NCBI GenBank assembly: GCA_000708835.1
Contig: DF237144.1
Location: 62,001-126,000 of the forward strand
Origin: Klebsormidium nitens
Taxonomy: Eukaryota > Plantae > Klebsormidiophyceae
Reading direction: 5' to 3'
Length of the DNA: 64,000 nucleotides
The translations under genes and the position numbers were made by a program. Below, in pieces: positions 47,712 to 59,330 of this stretch. The notes below the pieces were generated by a model, which was not told where the DNA came from, did not search any database, and worked only from the letters and a program-made list of their open reading frames with translations. Position 1 is the first letter of the stretch, and every line of letters begins with the position of its first letter.

Positions 47712-50537
47712 CGGGGTCGGGGGGTCTGAGTCGGAACCCAGGTTTGCTGGCGGGTTAGGGACAGGGTTAGGGGGCGGGTTGCTTGGAGTTGAAGGTTTGA
47801 TTGTTGGACGAGGGGGCCTGCAGAGGGGAGAGTAATAGAATCAGACAGAATGTAGTTCAAGACCAGCAATTAAAGCGATTGTTGAGCTCCAATCGGTTGC
47901 CTTGGCCATTAGCAAGGAGCGAAACTATGCCTGAAAGAAGCTAGCCTCCAATGGCGAAGCTTCTGTGAAAGGGGCATCTTAGCAGGAGACTTTAGCAAGG
48001 TGCAGAGCAGCAAACAGCCGGGATGTTTCAATCAGTCAATCACAGAGCAGAAGGAACAAAAGTAGCCAGGCTTAACGGAGAGGACGCTTCAAAATGAAGG
48101 CTATGCATGCAGGTTAGGACTAAGGGGCAGATGCAGTGAGTGCACAAAAAGGAGGCAAGTACAAAGAAGTAGAGTGTAAGCGACGGGCAATACTAGCAGA
48201 AAGACACTGGCTGAAGGGAAAGTTTTTGAAGAGCTTGGTACGAATTGACCTGTGAGGGTGCATAAGCACTCGGTTACCCACAGCAAAGATAAGCAGGAGA
48301 CACATAATCTTCATGATTGATTGATGGTGGGGCCGCAAGCCCTCATGTCAGTCAGAAGGTGGATCAATCCCATCAATCCCAGAACTTCTGGGCGGGCACA
48401 AGATCGAGTGGCGGACTCCCTGAGTGAACGACCTTGATGACTTCTTCAGATTGGGAGTAGTTGTGACTAGCAATCGCGAGCCCCGTTGAGGCCGACGCCA
48501 GGGATCCAGCTGTCGACTAAGCAGATGCATCTTGGGGAAGCTCAAAAGTTACTCTTGTTGCCCTATCCAGCTGATTGACCGCAGGCGTTGACAAGTTCGT
48601 CTTAGTGGGGGTGAGTGTGACTACAAATCAGTACGCCCAACCGAAGCCCAAACAAACCAATAAGCGGTCAGCTAAGCATATGCATCTGCTCAGAGACAAC
48701 TGTAGTTGCCGTATCGAGGCATCTAAGTCAAAGAGAGAACTGCAGAGCTCGACAAGTGGCAGCTCATTCTGCACGCATAGTTGACGCTAGATTGCCGCAC
48801 TCTCCCCCAACAAAAGGTGGCCCCACTTTCAGAGATTCCCACGTCGGGAAAGCGTGATTGGGGGTGTTAATCATAGCTGGCTAGCCCAGGTCAAACAAGG
48901 CAGACAGTACCAGGAAATGAGCAATAAGCAAATCTCACATCATAAATCGGACACAGCCCAGACATAAGCAAGCGCCCCAAAGCCACAGCTTTCAGCCAGA
49001 CATATTGAGTGTTGGAGTAGAGGTAGCTTCATGAAGAAATGTTGCTACCAGAGGATTGTAATGATGATGCAGCGTTTGTCTTCTTGGTGTCACTAGATTT
49101 GAGAATATCGTAGAGGAAAAGAGACAGCCGATGACGAAAGTGGAACTGGTCTGTTGAGTGGTGGCAAGTCCAGAGAAGTTCTCAAGAAGCTCACACCGCC
49201 CTAGAAACCGCCAAGAAGATTGACGGAAGCAGCGCCTAAGCTCATGTCAGACTCAGCTGAGGGTCACATGGGTCGCAGCCCATATGACATATGTCAGCCC
49301 AGCCTTTCACTTTCCTAAAGCCCAAGCCTGGAGAGTTAGTAAGCAACCCGGGTAGCAACATTTGTAATGGTGGTCAAAGGAAAGTGGCTCACACACCAGG
49401 ATAGACGTGCAAGTGACAGCCGCTCAAGGAAGACAACCACCAACGAAATAAACCCACCTTTTTCTTTTCAGTAGAGGCCAAAACGACAGCAGCCCTTTCT
49501 TGGAAACCCTTGAGCGCCGTAGGAGCAGACTGCCCTTTCAAAGTGCTGGCAACCCTTTCGTTTGCCCAACTTTCTCTGCCGGCTCCCCCACAAGTTTACA
49601 GACGATGTCTCTGAACGATCTGCACGAAATGCTGTCTAACCGCAGGACTGCGTCCACCTTTTAATCCCTCAGCATTGGCCAATTTGCTTCAGGCTCTTCA
49701 AACCCTAAAAGTCGTGGGACACTAGCATAACTTCTGCCCCGCAAACAAACACAAGGAGTCCTCCATCTTTGACGTGACAAACGCATGAACAGGCAAAGAC
49801 TCCATGCTTCAGATCTACCCAAAGGCTTCTAAAGAAAGATCGCATGTGCGAGGAGATTCAGAACGGCGCGCAGCGGAACCCGCCATGATGGATCTGTGAG
49901 AGGGAGGCGGAGGAGGGGCGCTAAAACGCCGTGCTTGGTATCCGGCACTGCCGCGAATGTTGCCGGCGGCATGCAATCTCCACAACTCCTCTCTAGCGGG
50001 ACATCCGGGAAAGAACATCTGAGACGAACTTCACAACCCGCTAAGGGACCCATCGACAAGGGTCGTCGGCCCGTGCCGTCCTAAGATTTAGTGCGCCCGA
50101 AATTATCTCGTTGGGGCGCCACTTTCTGGAAGCATAGGAAGGTAACCTACAAATCAAAAGTAGGTCCAGCGTTACCCTCCAGCCGAGAGTCAACTGTTGC
50201 CAAATCCCGGATTCTTCGCGTTCCGGGAATCCGACTCGACTGATCCATGCACGATCCCCGCGCCGTCGATCTGATGCAGAGCCCAGAGATCGTGCGGACT
50301 GTTTGTTTACCGTGCAAGTTCCCCGGGCATAGCGGCCTGCACTACCGAGGCAGTTCTCCGGCCAGCTGTACGTAAGCGCCGGGCTGCTTGTGGCTTCGAC
50401 GGGGGGCTCCGCCCCCCCGCTCTTCAGCCCCTCCCCAGTTCGGGGCGCCTGGAGGTCTGTCCCGGGAGTACGGAGTCTAGCCCGGCCTATGCAATAGTAT
50501 ATTGATTGTAAACGTGGTCCACATAACATCAATCGGA

Positions 50538-50611
50538 GCTCGCTTAGCTCAGTTGGTTAGAGCGTGGTGCTAATAACGCCAAGGTCACAGGTTCGACCCC
50601 TGTAGTGAGCA
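50538..50611 (+). tRNA. trnI-AAT: tRNA-Ile (anticodon AAT)
   Basis: GCTCGCT TA GCTCAGTTGGTTAGAGC G TGGTG CT AAT AA CGCCA AGGTC ACAGG TTCGACC CCTGT AGTGAGC A. Full cloverleaf, intact A and B boxes, no intron. Confidence 0.95.
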
Positions 50612-50612
50612 G

Positions 50613-50618
50613 TTTTTT
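50613..50618 (+). terminator. RNA polymerase III oligo-T terminator
   Basis: T6 run 2 nt after the tRNA discriminator base. Confidence 0.8.
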
Positions 50619-50711
50619 ATATATCATCATCTACGTTCTGGCAGGAACTGGTTACCCAGGCAAAAGGAACATCAACGCTGCTGCCTATCTCTTTTGAGCA
50701 GCCAGCGCTTT

Positions 50712-50960
50712 CTGTTCTAGCATTATCATTGGTGTTCTAGCATTGACATTCAGTTGACTATCTCTTTTGCGCAAGGGGTTCCCCACCCCGAGCCGGTGCT
50801 TTTATTGCTAGAACAACTCACAGTTGGCAGGAACACATGCAAGAACACCTCTACGAGCAGTTCGCTAGAACACATGCTAGAACACCTCACATGCAGAATC
50901 GCTAGAACATATGCTACAACATCTCGTATGCAGAATTGCAGTCTGGTGCGAACCAGCTAA
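50712..50960. repeat. ~250-bp dispersed repeat rich in TGTTCTAGCA/TGCTAGAACA motifs (copy 1; copy 2 at ~53010-53260)
   Basis: GGTGTTCTAGCATTGACATTCARTTGACTA...CCCCGAGC...CTTTTATTGCTAGAACAAC...AGGAACACATGCAAGAACA...ACGAGCAGTTCGCTAGAACACATGCTAGAACA...ATGCAGAAT.GCAGTC.GGTGC.AACCA is shared by both copies. Confidence 0.75.
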
Positions 50961-53009
50961 TGTTGACTGGTTCGCACCAGCAGTCAACATTTACACGACC
51001 TCCCACCTTTTTCTGGTGCACAAGCCTTCTGTTGAGCATTATTATCTTCTAGCATTATTAGCTGGTGTCGTGGCGGAAGTGGAGCGAGTTTCGAGGCTGT
51101 CATATTCGGCGCTTCCTGCTGGCGTACACCGTTTCCATACGCCTCATCCTCCTAGAATAAAGCGTTCTTGCGTGCGTTCTCCTCCTGGCATAGCGTGCGT
51201 CTTCCTCCTGGCATATGGGCTCTTCCTACTGGCTAGGGCAGACGCTTTTCCTTGGGTGGCACTTCTTTGTCCACATTCGCGACGCCTGCCTGACACTCAA
51301 CGCTTTCTGGCTCCGCTCTGACCAATTCTGCTGTCAACAGCTCCGCTAACCGAGACGTTGCCCCCCCGATATGCTCGCTGTCAAGAACAAGATGCGATCT
51401 ACCCACAACATTCGCAAGAACTTTGTACCAAAGAATCAGTCCCGGACAGTCTCGCGCCTCACCATTTCGCTGCAGAAATCGGACAAGGTGATGGAGCCGG
51501 TGGAGCTCCGTCTGAAACCGGGACGCCTTGCAACGAGCGCAAGCGGCTCGCCAGCAACGTCCAGGTGGTGAGTCAACCCGTCAACCGTTGTCATCATGAA
51601 TCAACGTATATTAACGAATGATTCCCATCCGTCGGAACCTCACTTGACCACTTGCAAGTTGGGAAAAGCGTAAGAGAGCAGCACGTCGTGGCTCAGCGTC
51701 ACATGAATATGTGGCGGCCACCTGATGCCATCCGCTTGAATGAGGTCGTCCTCGGGTGAGGAACTCTGGAAGAGCCGCCCTTGGTGTAGTCAGATTTGAA
51801 AGCAGGTCCGTCCTGCCCCCGTCCTGCAAGCCCTTCGATATTCACTATAGCGCCCTCTTCCTCGAAACGGTCAAAAGTTAATCAACCATCACAGCACCGA
51901 GCCATCATGACGACGCTCAGCCTTTTTTTCCTCGGCAGGTCTGACCGTGTGTGCGTCCGCAGTCTAGACAAGGGCCGCCACCAGAAGCGCTATCTTTACA
52001 AGTAAGCAAGGAGACAGGAATTTATAAGCAAGGCAATTGGTCAAAGATCTGAGAGAAGCACTTCTTTTAATTTCCTGGCACACTACGAAGATGCATCTTT
52101 CAACAAGTGAAAGATTGAGTATCTTGGCCTGGCATGAACGGCAGGGGATCTTATACATGCCCCATCAACCTGGTCAGTTGCAGCCTACATTTAGGAACTG
52201 CGCAAAAGGCCAATTCTGTGAATTCCAAACCTCTTGAGACTCACCATGAAAAAGAAGACAGGGTGGCGTTCAGAGGGTGATCCATTCTCTGCCACGAAGG
52301 GCTTCAGAGCTGCATTTTCAACACTGTGTTTCTGCATGTAGTCGGAGTATTAAGTTCCACATAGATCCCCCAAGCGGCTTGATATGGTCAAATGTGGGAC
52401 TCGCTTCACGCTTTGAGCTCGGCGTTGAAAGTTGCAGCCGCTTGGTGCCACTGACCACTGAAGGCCATGTTGTCCTGTAGAGTTCCCAACAAAGGAGCTA
52501 GACAGATGTTGCTTAGCTTTGTCGTTTGCTACTAAGGTAGAATACATGCTCTTGCTTGTCACGACCGGCAGCGTCTTCCGCATTGTACATTTTACATTGA
52601 TGAAATGTTCCCCTCTCGCCTCTCCCTGACTTCCTGACATTTCCACAAGCAAGGATGGAGCCTAGCTTGAAAGGTTCACAGAAATCTCCTTCGAGAATCT
52701 CGTGGATCAATTCAACTCGAGGGCACCTGACTAGGTCCTACTCCGACTAGTACTACGGTACTATAGTAGTATCAGATTCTTAGTAGGTACTCCTGAGCCT
52801 GAGCCTGAGGCTTGAGCGCAGCGGACCGTCCGAGCAGAGATGCCGACCAGCAGTAGCAGGCGTTGATCTGAAGCCTTTTCCTTCATCGGACGTACACGAT
52901 GCAACGACCAGGCGTGCCCTCTGTTTATGCGGTCGATGGACGCAGTTGTTGACCATCCAACGGCTGCGATCGAAACTAGAACAACCCAGACACAAAGAGC
53001 AGGAATGTA

Positions 53010-53260
53010 TCCCAACACTTTTGTTCTAGCAATAGCATTCAATTGACTATCACAGATCGTGGTGTTCTAGCATTGACATTCAATTGACTACCTTTCAAGT
53101 TCTGCCATTGGGTTGCCTTCCTTTCCTTACCCCGAGCTCGTACTTTTATTGCTAGAACAACGAGCAGTTCACAGGAACACATGCAAGAACATCTCAACGA
53201 GCAGTTCGCTAGAACACATGCTAGAACATCTCATATGCAGAATCGCAGTCCGGTGCAAAC
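53010..53260. repeat. Second copy of the TGCTAGAACA-rich dispersed repeat
   Basis: Direct-orientation copy of 50712-50960, about 2.3 kb downstream. Confidence 0.75.
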
Positions 53261-53444
53261 CAATTAAGGGCGCAATGCTGAAGCATGGAGGGGAGCGGAA
53301 GCTGTGAGAAATCTGTGCGGAACCAGCAGAGGAGGACTTGTGCAGCACCCATTCAGGTGAGGGCAGGACGATATTTTGTTTGTCGCTGCAGGGACACCGG
53401 AGTTGACAAATCGTTTGGGCACCGGCAACAAGTGCAGGAGGCTA

Positions 53445-53601
53445 GCTTTGCTAGAACACTTTGCTAGAACAGCGCTTGCTAGAACTGTGCTTCAGCTGTC
53501 AGCTTTGCTAGAATACGTTGCTAGAACAGCGCTTGCTAGAACTGTGCTTCAGCTGTCAGCTTTGCTAGAACACTTTGCTAGAACAGCGCTTGCTAGAACA
53601 G
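53445..53601. repeat. 57-bp minisatellite (~2.7 copies), three TGCTAGAA per unit
   Basis: Unit GCTTTGCTAGAACACTTTGCTAGAACAGCGCTTGCTAGAACTGTGCTTCAGCTGTCA. Confidence 0.85.
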
Positions 53602-56600
53602 CACTCCAGGAAGTTTTAGGCTCATGGAAGTGACTGATTTGCCCAGTGATCATGTGAATCTTCAATGATAGATTCAGAAAAACTATGGGTTGGTGCTGCA
53701 TGTATCTAAGGTATCGAGCTGCAGCCCTCACCATCTCATGTGCAATTCTTGAGCAGGGACGAATCTGCGGAGAGTGCGAGCTCCTGCAATGCTGGAGCAG
53801 CCAAGCAATATCTTTTGCCTCAAACTTTTTCCTTTTTCCATCCTTTTCTACCCCGTCCCTTTCTGTTTTAGCCAGTATAATAGTAGGTGTCTTTCTTACC
53901 TTCGTTTCTCTCTTGTGTCCAATGATCAACTTCCACACCATATTAGCGGTACGTCAAACGGGTCTTTGCCGGGCCCCTCTGGCTATGTATGTGGCTTCTA
54001 AGATGCTGCAAGTCACCGCCATCTTTTTTACCATAAGTCGGGGGGGCTACCGCCCCCCTGGCCGAACCCCCCCGCTCCTCGTTCGTGCAGTGCGACTTTA
54101 CGTCGAATTGGACGATAATTAGTTACTCATCATTTGGTCACTCACATGACAACACATCTGTTTCGGAGTCTCATACGACGGGCACGCGAGGAGGCGGTTT
54201 TTAGGGAAGCATCTTGCCGGTTGCGTTGTGACCTTCTCGGAAGTAGATGGAAGTGGAGCTCCCTTAGTCTGAGTCCTTGGCATATACCATAATCATTATG
54301 ATTCAACTTAACCAAGGATCGCATCAATCCAATCGGAAAAAGGAGGCGGCTTCAAGTTATCATCCCTTCCCCTCTTCAAAGATCGGAGCCTGGCGGCATC
54401 CGGCACCAGTGTGCGAATTTCGGAAGCCATATTAGTATGTAAGCCCCGGTGTACATGCACGTTTGCATGGTCTGTCCCATATATTTTCGTATATTTGGAA
54501 GGCAGTGACTAGATGAGCCTCCAAGCAACCGGCAAAATTAGAAGGATATCAGTCGATGCTTTCTATATGGCATCGCGAAGTTTGCGAGCGGTCACCGATA
54601 AATCATTGAGTGTGAGGCAGCTAATGGAACCAAATATCCTTCCATTCCGCTATACATCTTGTTGAGAGCGTGATACCTCCACAGTAAAATGCATCCGATT
54701 CCGGGCCATCGATCAATTGGATAACGTATGAACGAACCGTGTCCGCTCTAGGAGGCTCCGAAGTAAGCCATCCTAGTAGTGGGCTTGCGTCGAGCGACCA
54801 GCCGCTAATCTGTATTAGCTTTATCGATCGACCGACGTAGTGAAGAGGCTTGACTTAGAAACGGAATAGAAAGTATTGGCGGCGGTTTGGAATTGCTTTC
54901 ACATCCGACCGGTATGTACACTGAGGTATGCACCGCACTACGGAATTTTCTTGGTTGCGAGGAGAGGGGAAGTAGAGAGGATGCCCCGGGGATGCCCCGA
55001 TGGCATGCAAGCTTTCGGGCGGCAAGGGCTTCAGGCTGAGAGATCGATTTCTTTAAAGAGATATTGTATTCAAGTTCTCGGAGCAGTAACGAAGTACGGT
55101 TAAGTGTGGTCGGTTCGTTGCACAAACTTGGAAGAGGTAACAACCTACGGTCCAGACTACCCAAACCGGCCGCCGCACGGGATATCAGGCTTTTATGACG
55201 AGGGCTTCTCTCGAGCCTACTGGAGGAAGGTTTGTGTTTGTATGATAGACTTAATCAAGACTCTCTGGCAGAATCAACGAACTAAATGGTTCATAAAAAA
55301 GATGGAGTCTCCAGAACGTCGGCTTTGCCTACACTGGCAAACTTTTCTCGGAGTGAAGGTCCCCTCAATAATATCCTACAAGATCTGACTGGCGCACACA
55401 GGGGGTTTTGAATGAGCAGCTGCGAGACGACAAGAATCGAACTTTATCGTGTTAACGTATCTGAGTTCAGAAACACCTCTACTGAGGAAACTCAGACGTC
55501 TACTACAGTCCTGTCACATCACGAAGGAGCGATCTAAGTCAAGCCCGAAAGCTTCGTATTGGGCGAGTCAATTCAGCCGGGCCGTCTTTACTACTAGGCC
55601 ATTCGTCAGAAGCCCAATCACTGATGTGACTAGGTTGACATTGTGTAAGTTCACAAGAGGCGAGCCTTACGAATTCGACAGACTCAGCCAGGGCTTCGCT
55701 TGACTTATCTCATGCATTGGCAGACTCTATTTGTATACCGCCGGGCATGGGAAATTGCAAGCGATTCTGAAATTAAGAGTTTATGGATTTACCAAGCTGC
55801 CGCAAAGGAACGTTCACTTTGTCCTCTGAAATGGTACGCCCGGCGACAGCGGCACAGACAAAGTTTCCACTTTTGCAAACATTGGGAGCTTCCAGGTCGC
55901 GCGTGTGAGCAATCGAGTGATGATTCAAACGGACTCGCCGACTTCCTAATATAAAGGCCCTCATATCTAGATCAGCCTGGAATGAGGGCCTGAGTCGTGA
56001 ATCAGCGACGAGGTACATGCGCAAAACACGTGTCGATCTTTGATAGGCGTCGACCAAAGAGAAATTCTGGACACCTCAGATGGAAAGCGCCGGCAATAGC
56101 GCAGACCGGCTGGGACGAGTAATATATTTAAGCCTGCGCTCAAGGAGTGTCAGGTCGTCGGCCTTTACACGTTGTGACTCTCCAACATTCAATACCTCAG
56201 CGGGGGCCGCATCAGGTCTAAACACGAAGTTTGTCCTGGCTGTGGGATCTCATTTCACTGACGCTGCCAGGTTTAGCTTTAAGGTCGCCGCAACAAGCTG
56301 ATTAGCGCTGCGTCACGTCCATAGATTTCGGCGACCAACTTGGCGACTGGTGAAAAAGCGGTGTAGGTATTCAAACGCCGCCGTTCCAATCGTGCGAAAG
56401 GGCACGCGCGCAGCCCAAAAGGGTGCCGAATCTTTGGCGCGCGCCCGTTTGCCCGGATCGAAGACCCACTTGATGGCCCGCTTGGAGCGAATCTTCCCAG
56501 AAACTAGGTGTGCCTGCCAAAGGTGCGTCACCAAAGGCGCGTCACCCAGAGAGACTGCGGATGCAGGTGGAACGCCATTCACGGACGGCCACATCTGGAA

Positions 56601-57854
56601 CGGTCAATATCAATGCATAACATTGGACAAGATACAAACTTTAGAGCTGCCAACGGGCTGGTACCGGCTTTGATTCGCAACGCCGACTGTCCGATTGTTC
56701 TTTGAGGAGAGTTCTGCCCTCAAGTCTCCGGGTCCAACTTCTCGTAATTCATTCCGTCGGCGGACATTCAGGGAGAGGGAAACCGGATTCCGACGGGGTT
56801 GTGAGCGGAAAGGAGTGGCTGGCGGAACCCTGAACCGCCAGGTGTCACGACAGGGCTAGATAAGCGAAAGAGGGAAATCTATGAGCAACTTTGGCGAACG
56901 GTCATTTCGTGACATATCTGGCACGATCAGGATGAGAGTCACAGCTTAAACGGGCAGACATCAGTAGGCGTGAGCAGATTCCGTTCTTTTGCAGCGGAAT
57001 TCTGTCCCCATTCTGTCGCCGCGCCATTGTTTAAAAGAGACCGGAAGTCCCATGCGCGTTCGAGTCCATACGCTGCAGCGAAGACTGATCGCGAGGACTC
57101 TGCCGGAGGGGCCGCAAACCATGCATGAGCAGCAAAGGAATCCGTTGTATCTCGGCGGAACTTTGTCTCTGATTGTCACGACGGGCCCGAAGCGGTACGC
57201 GGACGGAATCCGTTGGGTTCCAGATCAACAACCCGTTGGGTCCCAGGTTATATCGGCGGGGCGAACGCAGCACGCGAACGGTGGCAGTTCAAAATCAGCG
57301 AAAGATTTTGGGACTCATGCTTTTAGGACGGGCCTTGAACGATAAGCACGAACGGTTCCTCTTCGAATCCAGCGCAATTGGCTTCTCGGGCGTCAATCCG
57401 GGCCACTGAGCAGGAAAGAGCACGAACGGAGTCCGTGGAACGCAGCGGATCGACATTTGCCGCCAGGTGTCACGACGGGCGAGAAGCACGCGCGAGAAGC
57501 ACGCGGCACGTGCATAAACGCAATATTACTCGACGGTTGCAGCAGATTCCGACGCAAGGGCAGCTCAACACGAACATGAGAAGCAGAAGAGGGCACGAAC
57601 GGGCAGCAGTACATTCCGCGGCTCGATCTAGCGGACGTCCGCGGCGGTTCAAGCGGACCTGCAAATCACACTCGCCGTCACCATCGTGGTCATCTGTGCA
57701 GCAGCCATCTTTCACGCCGTCCAGATTGTGACACGTGTCGTTAAGTCGGCACTGCCGGGAACGAGGATATCCGTTCATCTCATAAAGGGACGGTGGCTGT
57801 GCCAGGACCAAAGGAAAGTCGTTTTCGAGACCGCGGCGCAAAGCGTCTGATATG

Positions 57855-57995
57855 GGTGATTGGTTAGACTTTCGGTTAGATAGTTGGTTATCTTGGTTAG
57901 ACTGTTGACTGGACAGTTGGTTGGACCATGTTGGTTAGACTGTTGGCCAGACTGACATCTGGTTAGTCCGTTGACCAATCTGTTGGATAGACTGT
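57855..57995. repeat. Short degenerate (T)TGGTTAGACTG repeats
   Basis: About 6 variants of TTGGTTAGACTG within 140 bp. Confidence 0.55.
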
Positions 57996-59330
57996 CCTTC
58001 GAGGCGCTTCTTCGTGTTTGACTTTTAGCCAATTTTCGTACCGAAAGCTTTAAGTCCTACGAGACTCGATTGTTTCGCAACTACTCCAGGAAGCACGAAA
58101 GATTGCTTGCCAGGATAGCAGACTTGACGATTGCACCCGACTCACCTGGACCGGGTCCGAGACGGTCGGTAGACCTTTTCATCGGTGCAGATAGGTGGCT
58201 GTAGTCTCCTCAGTGCGTTTGGTTTTTCCACGCAGAAAGCTTTTTGATTGAGGGAACTTGACACATGCCAGCCGCATGGTATTATCATTGCTACCGGCCC
58301 TGGCATTGGCCTCCAACCGTCATGCAACTTATCATATAGTAAGCCGCCAGCACATGGCAACGGACTTGGCAGAAGGAGTTTCAGGGGCCTAGGATCTACA
58401 AATCAGTGAGCCATGCTCCAAAGCTTCATCGACCGTACCCCGTCTAGCCACTCTAAAGTTGTAAAGTAAGCTTTCGATCAAACGTGCTAACAGTATGCAT
58501 GATGCTTTGCCATGTGCGCGCCAGCGCTTGTTTGCTTCGAGTGTGCATGCTTGTACTGTGCCAGTGCATGCACGTCACAGTGACTTAACTTCCATGCACG
58601 TGTCAATCAGCAAAGATATTCTAAATCAGTACTGTTGCAACTCTGGCAGCGCGGCGGCCACTGGCAGCTGATAGGAAGCGGCGGCCAATTCATTGATTAA
58701 GTTCAACCTGGATTGGCGTACCGTCACGAAGTTGCCGACGAATTGATCAGGTCACCATTGTGCAAACATATGCCAGCCCTGCCAGGTGACAGGATTCAGG
58801 CGGCCGAGTACGGGGCCGGGTACTAATACCCGACAAGCTTGCCGGGTGTACGGCGGCACGGTATACGAGCAAGCCTAGCTGCCAAACTGACAACGTATGG
58901 ACTATGGTATTAGTAACGGTCTGACCGTGACTGTGATTGAGGCGTTGATCGAAGCGAGTGCAGTACTATAGAGCCCAATGGTCGATCCTGAGTTTCCTTT
59001 TTGGAAAGTCGACGCCATGGATGTAACAAGATCTGACCGGCTCTTTTGAAAACAAAATTCCGGCAGGTTGGCTCTTAAGGACGGGGTTACGTGAAGCACT
59101 TCAACCTATTCTATGTCAATCGTCTTTTGCTGTCCTATGCTAATGCATACGCAGGCTCAATTTAGTCCAGCTTAAGATCCCAATGATGGGCCGCCGATTA
59201 AGAGTCGGAGTACTTCAACTGAAACGGGTAATTAACATAATTAACAACCTCTGCCCAATTTAAGACCTGGACCTGTGACCACAGCACATTGGCATACCAT
59301 ACTACGCAGCCCAGTAACGTACACTAAGAA

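Noticed and set aside
50712-53260. LTR retrotransposon or TRIM defined by the two direct repeats
   Set aside because: No TG...CA termini, target-site duplication, primer-binding site, polypurine tract or gag/pol remnant was evident.
54800-57850. Several 70-120-aa ORFs, including a Cys/Asp-rich stretch at 57660-57790
   Set aside because: I could not build a phase-consistent spliced model or recognise a domain; it may be a decayed element or an unrecognised gene.
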